Below, piece after piece: positions 20,918 to 31,286 of a stretch of 64,000 nucleotides of DNA. The notes below the pieces were generated by a model that made no database searches, was not told the origin of the DNA, and saw nothing but the letters and a program-made list of their open reading frames with translations. This stretch comes from an uncultured Atribacterota bacterium. Lineage in GTDB: Bacteria; Atribacterota; Phoenicimicrobiia; Phoenicimicrobiales; Stramentimicrobiaceae. The stretch covers positions 1,609 through 65,608 of the forward strand of contig CAYSSG010000007.1 in assembly GCA_964433635.1 (NCBI GenBank), read 5' to 3'. Every line of letters begins with the position of its first letter. Positions within the stretch are counted from its first letter, which is position 1. The position numbers and the translations under genes were made by a program.

Positions 20918-21946
20918 ATGATAATTAGAGATGCCACAGTAAATGATAACCTGAAAATGCTTGATATCCAAAAGCATGCTGCACAGATTGGAGAATTTGA
21001 AATAACGCTCATAAAAACCGATTTCAGGAGCAAATCGAATTTTTTCAGTGACGGTTTTTTCCTGGTAGCTGAAGATGAAAATACATCTGACATCATCGGT
21101 TTTCTGGGAGTGGGAGTAGACCATTTCAAAGTCAAGGATAAAGCATACAAAGGGGCTTACCTTTACGATTTGAGAACGAATCCAAAATATATGGGAAGCG
21201 TGGCAAAGTGGTTAAAAAGTATCACCGAAGAGACAGCAAGCAGGTTGAGAAAAATGGCCATCGATTTTTGTTTTGCCTCTGTAAAAGCAGATAACCAACC
21301 ATCTATGAAATTGCTGAAGCATTTCAACCTCACCCCGATATACAGCTATATAACTTATGCGGTTCCTGTTTTTAATAAGAAAATTGCTGAAGAGACAAAA
21401 ATAGAAGTTGATTTTGATATGGTAGAATTGGAAGGTTTCTACAGTGAGATGAATCATGAAATTGATTTTTTACCAATTGGTTTAGAAAATAGTTTTTTAA
21501 AAATAATGGGAAATGAGCATAGATTAGTCAAATTCAGTTATAAGTCTGCCCAAATTATTGGCTGGGATACAAGGGATATAGCGGATATCGGCGTAACCAA
21601 CCTGTCAGCAAAGTATAAAATTCTTATCAAAACATTATATGTTACCTCAAAAATCATTCCCTTTCTCAAAGCTCCCGTACTCCACAAAACAATGAAAAGT
21701 TTTCGCATACTGAAATTTGATTATGAAGAAGAAGATGACTTCAAGATATTGCTAAAGACATTAAATGGTTATTGTTATCAGAACAACTTCTTTCTGGTCA
21801 TTTTCTTTATTCCGAAAAATCAATCTTTCAATGAAAAATTATTAGGAAAAATAACATTCAAAACCGATTTAATCGTCGCTGCAAACGCAGTTACAAACGT
21901 TGATTTTTCCAACCTTAAAAATTTTTTAGCGCTTCCCAGACTATAA
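20918..21946 (+). CDS. Hypothetical protein with N-terminal GNAT-like acetyltransferase fold and an unknown C-terminal domain
   Basis: N-terminal ~150 aa show a GNAT-like pattern (FFLVAEDENTSDIIGFLGV...AYLYDLRTNPKYMGSGVAKWL...ADNQPSMKLLKHFNF). The C-terminal ~180 aa have no recognisable motif. Confidence 0.5.
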   Translation: MIIRDATVNDNLKMLDIQKHAAQIGEFEITLIKTDFRSKSNFFSDGFFLVAEDENTSDIIGFLGVGVDHFKVKDKAYKGAYLYDLRTNPKYMGSVAKWLKSITEETASRLRKMAIDFCFASVKADNQPSMKLLKHFNLTPIYSYITYAVPVFNKKIAEETKIEVDFDMVELEGFYSEMNHEIDFLPIGLENSFLKIMGNEHRLVKFSYKSAQIIGWDTRDIADIGVTNLSAKYKILIKTLYVTSKIIPFLKAPVLHKTMKSFRILKFDYEEEDDFKILLKTLNGYCYQNNFFLVIFFIPKNQSFNEKLLGKITFKTDLIVAANAVTNVDFSNLKNFLALPRL

Positions 21947-22071
21947 AGACGGGTTAAAAAAAACTGATCGGCTTGTGGAGAAGGAAGAGAATGCAAACTT
22001 GAAGACATTAGAAAATGATTAACTGATTCTTGAAGAAATTTACATAAAATATTGATTGCAAGGATTTATCG

Positions 22072-23136
22072 ATGAAGAATAATGTTTATGAAATTGATAA
22101 GAAGATTTATGGTAGATTTGATCAGAAAAATAGTATGTTTTTCCGTTATCTTTGGGATAAAAAGCTGAGAAGTTATCAGAATAATTTTGCAGAAGGTATG
22201 ATTAAGAATATTAAATTAGATAAGGAAGGGTATACCCATTTCGATTATGCTTTTAGTAAAGCCTCCTGGACATTAGATAGCCGTTTCCCTTTTGCTTTTT
22301 CCTGGATAGGGGATACTTCTTCTGAAGAAGATTGGTATGGATATCGATTGAGAAAGATAAAGTATAAAATCAATGACCTTGTGGAATTTACTGCTAAAGT
22401 AAAAAAGGTAGCAAAAATATATGGCGCTTCTCTAGTTGGAATCACTGAGGTTAATCATCATTGGATTTATAAAACTTCGGCGAAGAGATTGAATGGTCAG
22501 TATTTGGATTCTACTCCTCTCGATTTACCTCAGGGGATACACCGAGTGATAATGATGGCTATTGAGATGGATCCGTTAGGCTTATCGACCACACCTGCTT
22601 TAGCTGCAGCAGCTATAACAGGATTAGGTTATTCGAAAATGGCGTTTGTCATTTCCTGTTTGGGTGAATTTATTAGGAATTTGGGATACAAAGCTCTTCA
22701 ATGTGCAAATGATACTGCACTCAGTGTTCCCATTGCGATCGATGCCGGACTGGGAGCGCTGGGGAGAAATGGTTTACTAATAACACCGGAATATGGTTCG
22801 AGAGTCAGGCTATGCAAAGTATTTACCGACTTACCCTTGAATATCGATGAGCCAAATTTTTCTTTTATTGAAAAGGTAAATTTTATTTGCCGAAATTGTT
22901 ATAAATGTGCAGAAGCATGCGAGACTGATGCAATTTCTTTCCGTCAGAAACCAACATTGGTCGGGGATACAATCTCGAATAATTCAGGTATCAGAAAATA
23001 TTATATAAATCCGGAAAAATGTTTTGATTTTTGGGTAGAGAATAATAGCGATTGTTCCAAGTGTATTACGGTATGTCCTTTTTCAAATATTAAAAATCAT
23101 TTATCTCCTTCCGAATTTTGGAAAAGATCGGATTAG
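22072..23136 (+). CDS. Reductive dehalogenase / epoxyqueuosine reductase (RdhA/QueG) superfamily protein, cytoplasmic (no TAT signal)
   Basis: Two C-terminal Fe-S motifs with RdhA/QueG-type spacing: CRNCYKCAEAC (Cx2Cx2Cx3C) and CFDFWVENNSDCSKCITVCP (Cx10Cx2Cx3CP). No twin-arginine leader. Confidence 0.55.
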   Translation: MKNNVYEIDKKIYGRFDQKNSMFFRYLWDKKLRSYQNNFAEGMIKNIKLDKEGYTHFDYAFSKASWTLDSRFPFAFSWIGDTSSEEDWYGYRLRKIKYKINDLVEFTAKVKKVAKIYGASLVGITEVNHHWIYKTSAKRLNGQYLDSTPLDLPQGIHRVIMMAIEMDPLGLSTTPALAAAAITGLGYSKMAFVISCLGEFIRNLGYKALQCANDTALSVPIAIDAGLGALGRNGLLITPEYGSRVRLCKVFTDLPLNIDEPNFSFIEKVNFICRNCYKCAEACETDAISFRQKPTLVGDTISNNSGIRKYYINPEKCFDFWVENNSDCSKCITVCPFSNIKNHLSPSEFWKRSD

Positions 23137-23334
23137 ATCATTACATTTTATATAAGATACTTTAAAAATATCAAATACCCCTTAAAATGATTTTATTCAG
23201 TATATTTCTACCTCTTTAATAATCAGTTGTTCAATAGTATCAATCCATTTTTTCCAAACAGATTTTATTTTAATGACATGATAGATCATTCTTGTAAATA
23301 ACGGGAAAAAGAAAAAAATATAGTAGAAATTGTA

Positions 23335-23362
23335 TTGACATTTATATTATTTATTATAAAAT
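23335..23362 (+). promoter_or_regulatory. Candidate promoter: TTGACA, 16-nt spacer, TAAAAT, upstream of the yheO-like gene
   Basis: TTGACA at 23335-23340 inside an AT-rich 290-nt intergenic region. The -10 assignment is approximate. Confidence 0.3.
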
Positions 23363-23423
23363 AATTGTAAGTATTAAAATTTTTTTGTAACTAAAAAATA
23401 TTAATATATAAAGGTAAATTGTA

Positions 23424-24101
23424 ATGCCATCAAAAAAGGGGAAAATACACCCTATCATAAAAGGTCTTATTCCAATCGTAAAAACCATTGCTAAAATGTT
23501 TGGGAAAAATTGTGAAGTGGTGCTACATGATTTTAGTGGGCCTCAGAACTCTATTATCGCTATTGAGAATGGTCATGTCACCGGGAGAAAAATTGGCGAT
23601 CCCATAACTGATTTAGCATTGTCCTCCTGGCGGCAAGGTGGATTCGGGAATACAAGAGAAGATATGGTTATCAATTATAAAACCAGAACAAAAGATGGAA
23701 GAATCTTGAAATCTTCCAGTGTATTTATAAAAGACCAAAATAATAAAATAGTTGGATGTTTATGTATCAATTATGACCTGACAGGGCATATGATGTTCGA
23801 GAAGACTATGGATGAGTTTTGCGCTATAAATGAATTAAATGAAGAAAAAGAAGAAACCTTTATTAAAGATGTTGATGAAATACTCGATAGTATCATCAAT
23901 AAGGCAATTGAAGAAATGCATAAGCCGGTCTCATTAATGCAAAAAGAAGATAATATGAAAGTAGTAGAAATCGTAGATGAGAAGGGTGGATTTATGATTA
24001 AAGGAGCTATTGATCAGCTTGCCCATAGATTAAATGTTTCTCGCTTTACGATTTATAATTATCTGGATGAAATCAAGATTAAAAAGAAAAATCAAAAGTA
24101 A
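23424..24101 (+). CDS. YheO-like PAS-domain transcriptional regulator with a C-terminal HTH
   Basis: N-terminal YheO-type segment (LIPIVKTIAKMFGKNCEVVLHDFSGPQNSIIAIENGHVTGRKIGDPITD) and a C-terminal HTH (LAHRLNVSRFTIYNYLDEIK). Confidence 0.7.
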   Translation: MPSKKGKIHPIIKGLIPIVKTIAKMFGKNCEVVLHDFSGPQNSIIAIENGHVTGRKIGDPITDLALSSWRQGGFGNTREDMVINYKTRTKDGRILKSSSVFIKDQNNKIVGCLCINYDLTGHMMFEKTMDEFCAINELNEEKEETFIKDVDEILDSIINKAIEEMHKPVSLMQKEDNMKVVEIVDEKGGFMIKGAIDQLAHRLNVSRFTIYNYLDEIKIKKKNQK

Positions 24102-24169
24102 AATTCCTTATTAAAAAGACAATCTGATTTCTAGTTTGAGAAAATAACAAAATTTAAGGAGTTATAAAA

Positions 24170-24550
24170 ATGCACAAAGAAATTTTGATTAATCAGGACA
24201 GTCCAAAAACCATTGGACCCTATTCTTCTGCTGTTAAAGTTGATCGATTGGTATTCCTTTCGGGTCAATTACCTATTGTTGCTCAAACAGGAGAAATTAT
24301 TCAAGGTGGAATAATAGAGCAAGCAAAACAGTCGTTAAAGAATTTATTAGCTGCTTTAACACCTTATCAATTAGACGTAGAAAATGTGGTTAAGGTAACC
24401 ATATTTTTGAAAGATCTGAAGCATTTTAATAGTGTAAATCAGATTTATGCAGACTATTTTAAGAGTGATTTTCCAGCACGTAGCTGTGTCCAAGTGGCAA
24501 AACTACCCAAAGATGCGGAAATTGAAATCGAAGCGATAGCCTATCAATAA
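24170..24550 (+). CDS. ridA: RidA (YjgF/Rid) family reactive-intermediate deaminase
   Basis: 126 aa with the Rid family pattern (SPKTIGPYSSAVKVDRLVFLSGQLPI...VKVTIFLKDLKHFNSVNQIYADYF...EIEAIAY). Confidence 0.85.
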   Translation: MHKEILINQDSPKTIGPYSSAVKVDRLVFLSGQLPIVAQTGEIIQGGIIEQAKQSLKNLLAALTPYQLDVENVVKVTIFLKDLKHFNSVNQIYADYFKSDFPARSCVQVAKLPKDAEIEIEAIAYQ

Positions 24551-24595
24551 ATTTTGACAATGAAGTCAAAAAAAATTCAAAAAGGAGAGAATATA

Positions 24596-25984
24596 ATGAA
24601 AAAAGTTATGCCACCTTACCGAATTAAAGTCGTAGAGCCTATTAAGTGGAATACTCGAGAAGAAAGGGAAAAAATCATAAAAGAGGCTGATTATTGCACC
24701 GGATTTTTAAAAGCAGAAGATATTCCTATCAACTTAGAGACAGACAGTGGTACTTCAGCAATGAGCCAAGATCAATGGGCAGGAATGATGCAGGGAGATG
24801 AATCCTATTTCTGCTGTAAAAATTGGTATCATCTGGAAAAGGCAGTCCAAGATTTTACTGGTTATAAATATGTGTTAGCCGCACATCAGGGAAGAGCAGC
24901 AGAGAACATCGTATGTTCATGCTTAATTAACGAACCAGGTGGATATACACCTGCAAATGCACATTTTGGTACAACCGAAGTACATGCCAGAAGATTGGGT
25001 ATAGAGCCAATTAATCTATATCCGGAAGAAGCTCTTGATACCCAAATCAATAGACCATTTAAAGGGAATATCGATTTAGATAAACTAGAAGATATGATTA
25101 AGAAAAGAGGAGCTAAGAATATCCCTTTCTTGAACATGGTTCTTACAAATAATTTCACCGGTGGTCAACCTGTTTCGATGGCTAATTTAAAAGAAGCTAG
25201 CAAAATAGCACGGAAGAATGGTATCAAGGTTGTCATTGATTCGGCCAGAGTAGCAGAAAATGCCTACTTTATTAAACATAGAGAGACCGGATATGAGAAT
25301 AAATCGATTCGGGAGATTTGTCGTGAAATTTATACTTATGGGGATATCATGCACATGAGCTCTAAAAAAGGTGCCCTTGTTAACATGGGTGGACTCATAG
25401 CAACAAACGATAAAGATCTCTATGAAAGAATGAGTGCCATGTTAATCCAATTTGAAGGTTACATTACTTACGGGGGATTATCCGGAAGGGACTTAGAAGC
25501 TTTAGCTATTGGATTGAATGAAGGTTTGGAATATGATTATTTACATCACCGTATTTCACAAGTAAAACTGTTTGGTGATCTACTTAGAGAAAAGGGAGTA
25601 CCTTTTTACGAGCCAGCTGGTGGACATGGCATTTATGTTGACGGATTAAAAACTTACCCCCATATTCCTAAAGAAGAATTTGCAGCCCAAGCACTATCTG
25701 TTCAGACTTATATTGAATCAGGAGTAATGGGTATAGAAAATCCTTCCAGCCTTGGATGGAGCAGAACGGATCCTGAAACAGGCAAGTTAACCTCTCCACC
25801 CTTTGAATTAGTTCGATACGCTGTTCCTCGAAGAGTCTATACGGATAGCCAGATAGAATATGCAGCAGAGGGAATCAAAGAAGCCATGGATTTAGGAGAA
25901 AAAGTGAAAGGGTTTAGAATCAAATGGGTACCAAAGAATGAATTCTTGAGGATATTCCAATATCGGTTAGAACGTCTAAGCTAA
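24596..25984 (+). CDS. Tryptophanase / tyrosine phenol-lyase family beta-eliminating lyase (paralogue 1)
   Basis: Closely resembles the TnaA/TPL consensus (PYRIKVVEPI...DSGTSAMSQDQWAGMMQGDESY...AAHQGRAAENI...FKGNIDLDKLE...NNFTGGQPVSMANL...RVAENAYFIK) with the PLP-lysine context MSSKKGALVNMGG. Start at the ATG at 24596, which has an AAAGGAGAG RBS. Confidence 0.85.
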   Translation: MKKVMPPYRIKVVEPIKWNTREEREKIIKEADYCTGFLKAEDIPINLETDSGTSAMSQDQWAGMMQGDESYFCCKNWYHLEKAVQDFTGYKYVLAAHQGRAAENIVCSCLINEPGGYTPANAHFGTTEVHARRLGIEPINLYPEEALDTQINRPFKGNIDLDKLEDMIKKRGAKNIPFLNMVLTNNFTGGQPVSMANLKEASKIARKNGIKVVIDSARVAENAYFIKHRETGYENKSIREICREIYTYGDIMHMSSKKGALVNMGGLIATNDKDLYERMSAMLIQFEGYITYGGLSGRDLEALAIGLNEGLEYDYLHHRISQVKLFGDLLREKGVPFYEPAGGHGIYVDGLKTYPHIPKEEFAAQALSVQTYIESGVMGIENPSSLGWSRTDPETGKLTSPPFELVRYAVPRRVYTDSQIEYAAEGIKEAMDLGEKVKGFRIKWVPKNEFLRIFQYRLERLS

Positions 25985-26094
25985 AAATAAGAATCAGCTT
26001 GTTAATTTTTTTCTATCTAAATCTAAATTAAAAAGGAGGTAAATTTTTTCTAAAGAACTTAGAAATGATTATTTTAAAAAGGAGGAAAAATATA

Positions 26095-27093
26095 ATGAGT
26101 GGAAAATTGATTAAAACAGGTTCAGTAATTTTAATTCTAGTATTACTTTTATCTCTTTCAGCTTTTGCCCAACAAAAGTGGAGAATCGGTACCCTTGTTC
26201 CTGATTTTGTACCTCTTGGTGCAGGAATGGTTGAATTTGCCAGATTAGTTGAGGAAAGAACAGATGGTCAAATCACAATGGATTGCTATCCTGTTCAACA
26301 ACTGGGTTTCTGGATGGATGAATTTGATAATATCAGCAAGGGTTCACAGGAAATGGGATTTTTACCACCCAGTCCAAGGTATAATCAATTCTCAGCAATC
26401 TATATGGACTTTGTAGTGACCAACTGGGAAGACTTTGAAGAATTCTATGGGCGAGATGGATTCTTGTTTAAGTATATTGAAAAAGGTTGCGAACAATTAG
26501 GTGTAAAACTACTTGGGTTTATGAATATTGGCTTTGAAGGTTATTCTGGAATGAAAGGCCCTGTAGTCTATCCCGAAGACATTACTAAACTTAAGATTAA
26601 GACCCGTGTTGGTTATCCTACCAGTGTTGTGTATTATGAAAGCCTGGGACCGGTTGTTTCCATCGATATGGGTGAAGTATTCACTGCATTACAATTAGGT
26701 ACTATTGATTGCCAGGCGAACCAGGCTGTAGAAACAGTTTATACCCAGTTTCATGATGTAACAAAATACTTTACCGATACTAATTCCATGCCAGCTTTTG
26801 CTGCGATACTCATAAACCAGCGTTTGTTCAATAAGCTTTCACCTGAAATCCAGGAAGTCATTCAAAAAACTGCAGACGAGATTGTGGAAAAGGTGAATAG
26901 AGAATCCAAAGAAAAAGAAGAAGAGTATTATCAAAAATTTGAAGAAGAGGGTGTTGTTGTCACCAGGTTAACTTCTGAACAAAGAGAAGCATGGATCGAA
27001 TTGGCTAAAAAACCGGGTGGTATGTGGGATAAAGCGAGGGAGACCCTTGGTGATGAACCTATAGATTTTCTATTAGAAAATTTAGGAAATTAA
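26095..27093 (+). CDS. dctP: TRAP transporter substrate-binding protein (DctP family)
   Basis: Signal peptide followed by DctP-like motifs (WRIGTLVPDF...LKIKTRVGYPT...ALQLGTIDCQANQAVE). Start at the ATG at 26095 with an AAGGAGG RBS. Confidence 0.8.
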   Translation: MSGKLIKTGSVILILVLLLSLSAFAQQKWRIGTLVPDFVPLGAGMVEFARLVEERTDGQITMDCYPVQQLGFWMDEFDNISKGSQEMGFLPPSPRYNQFSAIYMDFVVTNWEDFEEFYGRDGFLFKYIEKGCEQLGVKLLGFMNIGFEGYSGMKGPVVYPEDITKLKIKTRVGYPTSVVYYESLGPVVSIDMGEVFTALQLGTIDCQANQAVETVYTQFHDVTKYFTDTNSMPAFAAILINQRLFNKLSPEIQEVIQKTADEIVEKVNRESKEKEEEYYQKFEEEGVVVTRLTSEQREAWIELAKKPGGMWDKARETLGDEPIDFLLENLGN

Positions 27094-27124
27094 GATAATA
27101 AAAAAAACCTGCGTGGAGGTTAGG

Positions 27125-27664
27125 ATGATAAGAAGTAATTCTAATAAGAGCCAATCCGGGATCCAGCTACTACTAAAGGTAATTCAAGTAATTGAAGATT
27201 ATGGTTCTTTTTTAGCCTTTATGGTCATGATTGTTCTAGTGAACCTTGCTATTTTTTTAAGAATAACGGTTAATTTTGAAAGTTCATCATGGGAAGAAAT
27301 TGCTCGGTTTTCTTCTATCTGGATGTATATGCTGGCAATTGCTGTTGCCTCTCAAGAAGATTCCCACCTCCGCGCCGGTTTTTTAGACAATTACATTCAT
27401 TCTGAAAAGAATAAATATTTATTAGAAGTAATTTTTAAAGTTATCATGGCCATTTGTATTTTCATTTTTATCTGGTGGTCTTATGAACAGATTAACTGGA
27501 TTTTTGGAACAAAACAAAAGTCTTTGGTGTTAATGATTGACATGTGGGTAGTGTACCTTTCCTTTGTAGTGGGGGGTATTTTTGCCCTGATTCACACGAT
27601 TTATTATCTGTATTATTATATGCAGAAATATCGGCAATCTCTGAAGGGGTTACAAGATGAATAG
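27125..27664 (+). CDS. dctQ: TRAP transporter small permease (DctQ family)
   Basis: ~180 aa with four predicted TM helices. It lies between the dctP and dctM genes. ATG at 27125 follows GGAGG. Confidence 0.7.
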   Translation: MIRSNSNKSQSGIQLLLKVIQVIEDYGSFLAFMVMIVLVNLAIFLRITVNFESSSWEEIARFSSIWMYMLAIAVASQEDSHLRAGFLDNYIHSEKNKYLLEVIFKVIMAICIFIFIWWSYEQINWIFGTKQKSLVLMIDMWVVYLSFVVGGIFALIHTIYYLYYYMQKYRQSLKGLQDE

Positions 27665-28955
27665 TTTAATGATCATGGGTTTTTTCATAGTATTACTGAT
27701 ATTCCTTATCTTTATCGGTTTACCGCTGTTCGCCTGTTTTGCTATTACCTGTTTTGGGATGATTTATGCATTTAATTTAGGTACCAGCTTTACTATTCCT
27801 GCTATCTTTGTGAATTTAAATTCCTTTACCCTGATGGCGATTCCATTCTTTGTTATTTCTGGAGGCTTGATGGCTGAGAGTGGTATGTCAAAAATGATTG
27901 TAAACTTTATGAATTCCATGATCGGAAAAATAAAAGGTGGACTTGGATTTGTCCTGATTATATCATGCGGTTTTTTCGGGGCAATCACGGGCTCTTCGGG
28001 TGCAGCAATAAGTGCTATTGGAACAGCAATCTTACCGGAAATGGACCAATATGGATATCCTAGAAATTATTCAACTGCCTTGCTTGCCTGTTCAGGTTTA
28101 TTGGGACAATTGATACCACCCAGTATTCCTCTTATTTTATTTGGAATGATTACCGGAACTTCTGTTGCTGCATGCTGGTTAAGTACGGTAATTCCAGGGA
28201 TCATGCTCATCATTATCTACGGTATCATCAATTATGTGCAATGTAAAAATCATTTTCAGATAAAGGATATAGAGGGTTTTTCATTTGGTAAACTAATGGT
28301 CTCTGTCAAGAAAGGCGGATTTTCTTTGTTATTCCCTGTTATTGTGTTAGGTGGAATATATAGTGGATTATTTACACCTACGGAAGGAGGGGCAGTAGGA
28401 GTTGCCTATGCGATACTCGTAGGATTTATCATCTACCGATCATTAAATCTGAAGAAATTTTTCTCTGTTGTCAAAGATACCATCAGTATCACAGGCTGTA
28501 TCTATTTTATTATTATGTTCATTTTGATTATCAGTCGTATTTTTACCTTAGAGAGATTACCTATGATGTTGGCTGAAGCAATCATGAGATTATCTTCAAA
28601 CAGGGTTATTATATTACTTCTAATTAACATCATGTTATTAATTATTGGAATGCTGATGGACGATATCAGTTCTATGTTAATCTGTGCTCCTCTGTTATTT
28701 CCTTTGTTTCAACAACTAGGAGTTACTCCAATACAGATGGCTGCAATCTTAGCTATCAATCAAGGGACTGGAATGCTAACACCACCAGTTGCAACAAATT
28801 TATTTATGGCTTCCAGAGTGGGAAAGGTCCCGGTGGCAAGTTTTATTAGATACACAATGATTTATCTGATATTCGGGAATATACCCGTACTTCTATTGGT
28901 AACATTTATCCCCCAGCTATCAATCTGGTTGCCAAAAGTAATTTTGTATAGATAG
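27657..28955 (+). CDS. dctM: TRAP transporter large permease (DctM family)
   Basis: 432 aa polytopic membrane protein with DctM-type motifs (GGLMAESGMSKMIVNF...GFFGAITGSSGAAISAIGTAILPEM...). The start overlaps the dctQ stop. Confidence 0.85.
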   Translation: MNSLMIMGFFIVLLIFLIFIGLPLFACFAITCFGMIYAFNLGTSFTIPAIFVNLNSFTLMAIPFFVISGGLMAESGMSKMIVNFMNSMIGKIKGGLGFVLIISCGFFGAITGSSGAAISAIGTAILPEMDQYGYPRNYSTALLACSGLLGQLIPPSIPLILFGMITGTSVAACWLSTVIPGIMLIIIYGIINYVQCKNHFQIKDIEGFSFGKLMVSVKKGGFSLLFPVIVLGGIYSGLFTPTEGGAVGVAYAILVGFIIYRSLNLKKFFSVVKDTISITGCIYFIIMFILIISRIFTLERLPMMLAEAIMRLSSNRVIILLLINIMLLIIGMLMDDISSMLICAPLLFPLFQQLGVTPIQMAAILAINQGTGMLTPPVATNLFMASRVGKVPVASFIRYTMIYLIFGNIPVLLLVTFIPQLSIWLPKVILYR

Positions 28956-29014
28956 TTTTTAATCTAATTATTTTTAATATACTAATTCGTTGTAGAGATT
29001 CGGTGTAAAGAACA

Positions 29015-29824
29015 ATGGCTAAATTCAGGCAAATATGGAATGCCCAAAAGGGTCATCCTGTTTTAAAAGAGATAAAGAATAATGAAGATTGGGGTTTTGA
29101 CTTTGGAGAAGCTATTGGCATGCTCGCTTTTGGTCAATGGTTTCCCGCCATTCGATATGGACATCCCTGTTATGTTGGAACCTTTAATTTTCCCATACGT
29201 TTAAAGTTCATTCAGAACCCTCTGCCTTCCAAAAGTTCAACATTTGATGAGATAAGGAGTTCAAAAGGATGGAATTTAAAAGAATGGGTAAGATCTGCCC
29301 GGGAATTAGAAAATGAAGGAGTCAAAGCGATTGTTACAGGATGTGGAATCACAGGGACCATGCAAAGAGATCTGGCAGAAGCAGTCAACATTCCTGTCTT
29401 CAGCTCAACGATACAATTTATCCCCCAGCTTCATTGTTCGTTGAAAAGAGATCAAAAAATTGGCATTTTAACAGCTAGCTCAAAATTACTTACTCGATGG
29501 GATAATATGTTATTTCAGGCCTGTGATGTTGATCCTGCTATTCCTGTTGTTATCGAAGGAATGACGGAAAGCGATTATTGTGATATTTGGTGGTCACAAT
29601 TAGAGAAAGATTACAGTCCTTCGAAAGTTGAAAAGGCATTATTAATGGTTACTGAAAAATTGTTGAAAAATAATCCGGATATAGGAGCAATTATCTATGA
29701 ATGTACTGAAATGCCTTTATATACCGGGATCATTAGAGAGAAAATTGGAATTCCTCTTTTTGATGCCAATAATATGATAGAGTTTGTACATCAATTTGTA
29801 TCAACGAAAAAATTCGATCTATAA
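29015..29824 (+). CDS. Asp/Glu/hydantoin racemase superfamily-like protein (tentative)
   Basis: Two-half architecture with a candidate catalytic Cys in each half (VKAIVTGCGITG and IGAIIYECTEMP), as in Asp/Glu racemase, maleate isomerase and arylmalonate decarboxylase folds. The assignment is weak. Confidence 0.4.
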   Translation: MAKFRQIWNAQKGHPVLKEIKNNEDWGFDFGEAIGMLAFGQWFPAIRYGHPCYVGTFNFPIRLKFIQNPLPSKSSTFDEIRSSKGWNLKEWVRSARELENEGVKAIVTGCGITGTMQRDLAEAVNIPVFSSTIQFIPQLHCSLKRDQKIGILTASSKLLTRWDNMLFQACDVDPAIPVVIEGMTESDYCDIWWSQLEKDYSPSKVEKALLMVTEKLLKNNPDIGAIIYECTEMPLYTGIIREKIGIPLFDANNMIEFVHQFVSTKKFDL

Positions 29825-29847
29825 AAATATATTCAGGAGGATTAAAA

Positions 29848-31202
29848 TGAGTAAAGAAAGAGTCATAGCAGAGCCTTATAGAATTAAAACAGTGGAACCA
29901 ATCAAACTCATTCCAAGGGATGAGCGAGAAAAAAGGATCAAAGAAGCTCATTATAATATTTTTAATTTGAAGGCTGAAGACGTTTATATTGATCTTTTAA
30001 CGGATAGTGGTACTTCAGCAATGAGTCATCGTCAGTGGGGTGCCATTATGATGGGAGATGAATCGTATGCCGGAGCAAGAAGCTATTTTAATTTTGTGAA
30101 TGCAGTTAAAGATATCATGGGTTTTGAATATGTTATACCTACTCATCAGGGAAGGCCAGCGGAAAGTTTTCTTTTTAGAACATTAATCAAAAAAGGTGAT
30201 GTTATTCCCTTTAATATGCCCTTCGATTCAACCGGAGCCCATGTACTCGATAAAGGTGGTTCTTTTGTTGAATGTGTTGAAGACATTGCTTATCAACCAA
30301 CTAAAGAAGCCCCCTTTAAGGGTAACATTGATCTCCAAAAGTTAGAGAAAGTGATTAAGCAAGAGGGAAGGGAAAAAATTCCCTTTGTAATGGTAACGAT
30401 TACAAATAATACTGGAGGCGGGCAGCCGGTATCAATGAAAAATATCAGGGAAGTTCGCAAGTTGACCCAGCAATATAATATTCCCGTATTTTTTGATGCG
30501 GCCCGCTGTGTAGAAAATGCTTACTTTATTCAGCAGAGAGAGCCGGGTTATCAACAAAAAACCGTCGCTGAGATTGTAAAAGAACAGTTCAGTTATGCCG
30601 ATGGTTGTACGATGAGTGCAAAGAAAGATCCTCTGGTTAACATGGGTGGATTTATCGGTTTACATCAAAACGATCTGTATTTAAAAATATTACCCCATAT
30701 TATTTTGAATGAAGGGTTTGTGACCTATGGCGGATTATCTGGCCGGGATTTAGAAGCATTAGCCCAGGGTTTACGTGAAATGGTTGATGATGATTATATT
30801 GCCAATCGGGTACGTCAGGTTCAATATCTAGGTGATCAATTACATGAAATTGGGGTCCCCATAGTGAGACCAGTAGGCGGCCATGCTGTTTTCATTGATG
30901 CGAAAGCTTTTTTACCTCATATTCCGATTGATCAATTCCCTTCTGAATCACTGGCAGCTGCAATCTATATTGAAGCAGGTGTTAGAGGAATTGGTCTAGG
31001 AAAGTTGGCCTTTGGTGAAGAATCCCAAATGGAGCTGCTTCGTCTGGCGATTCCACGTAGAGTATATACTGACCGTCATATGGATGTGGTGGTAGAAGGA
31101 TTCAGAAAAATAATAAAGCAAAAAGATAAGGTTAGAGGAATCAAAATTGTTTCTGCGCCAGAAATTTTAAAACATTTTCTTTGCCAGTTAGATTTAATTT
31201 GA
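29848..31202 (+). CDS. Tryptophanase / tyrosine phenol-lyase family beta-eliminating lyase (paralogue 2)
   Basis: Strong TnaA/TPL similarity (PYRIKTVEPIKLIPRDEREK...DLLTDSGTSAMS..QW.A.MMGDESYAG...PTHQGR.AE...MSAKKDPLVNMGGF...GVPIVRPVGGHAVF). Start at the ATG at 29848 with an AGGAGG RBS. Confidence 0.85.
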
Positions 31203-31286
31203 TAAAGTTTGAGCTTCTTGGTTCCAGAGTTATTTAATAAAAATGAACTGAGAATTGTTTCTGACAGTGTAGGTTGTTATAAAAAT

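Noticed and set aside
20220-21150. Minus-strand ORFs (20220-20777, 20609-20794, 20843-21124, 20899-21150) overlapping the URO-D-family and GNAT-fusion genes
   Set aside because: They are embedded in better-supported + strand genes. No RBS and low-complexity Ser/Ile-rich translations.
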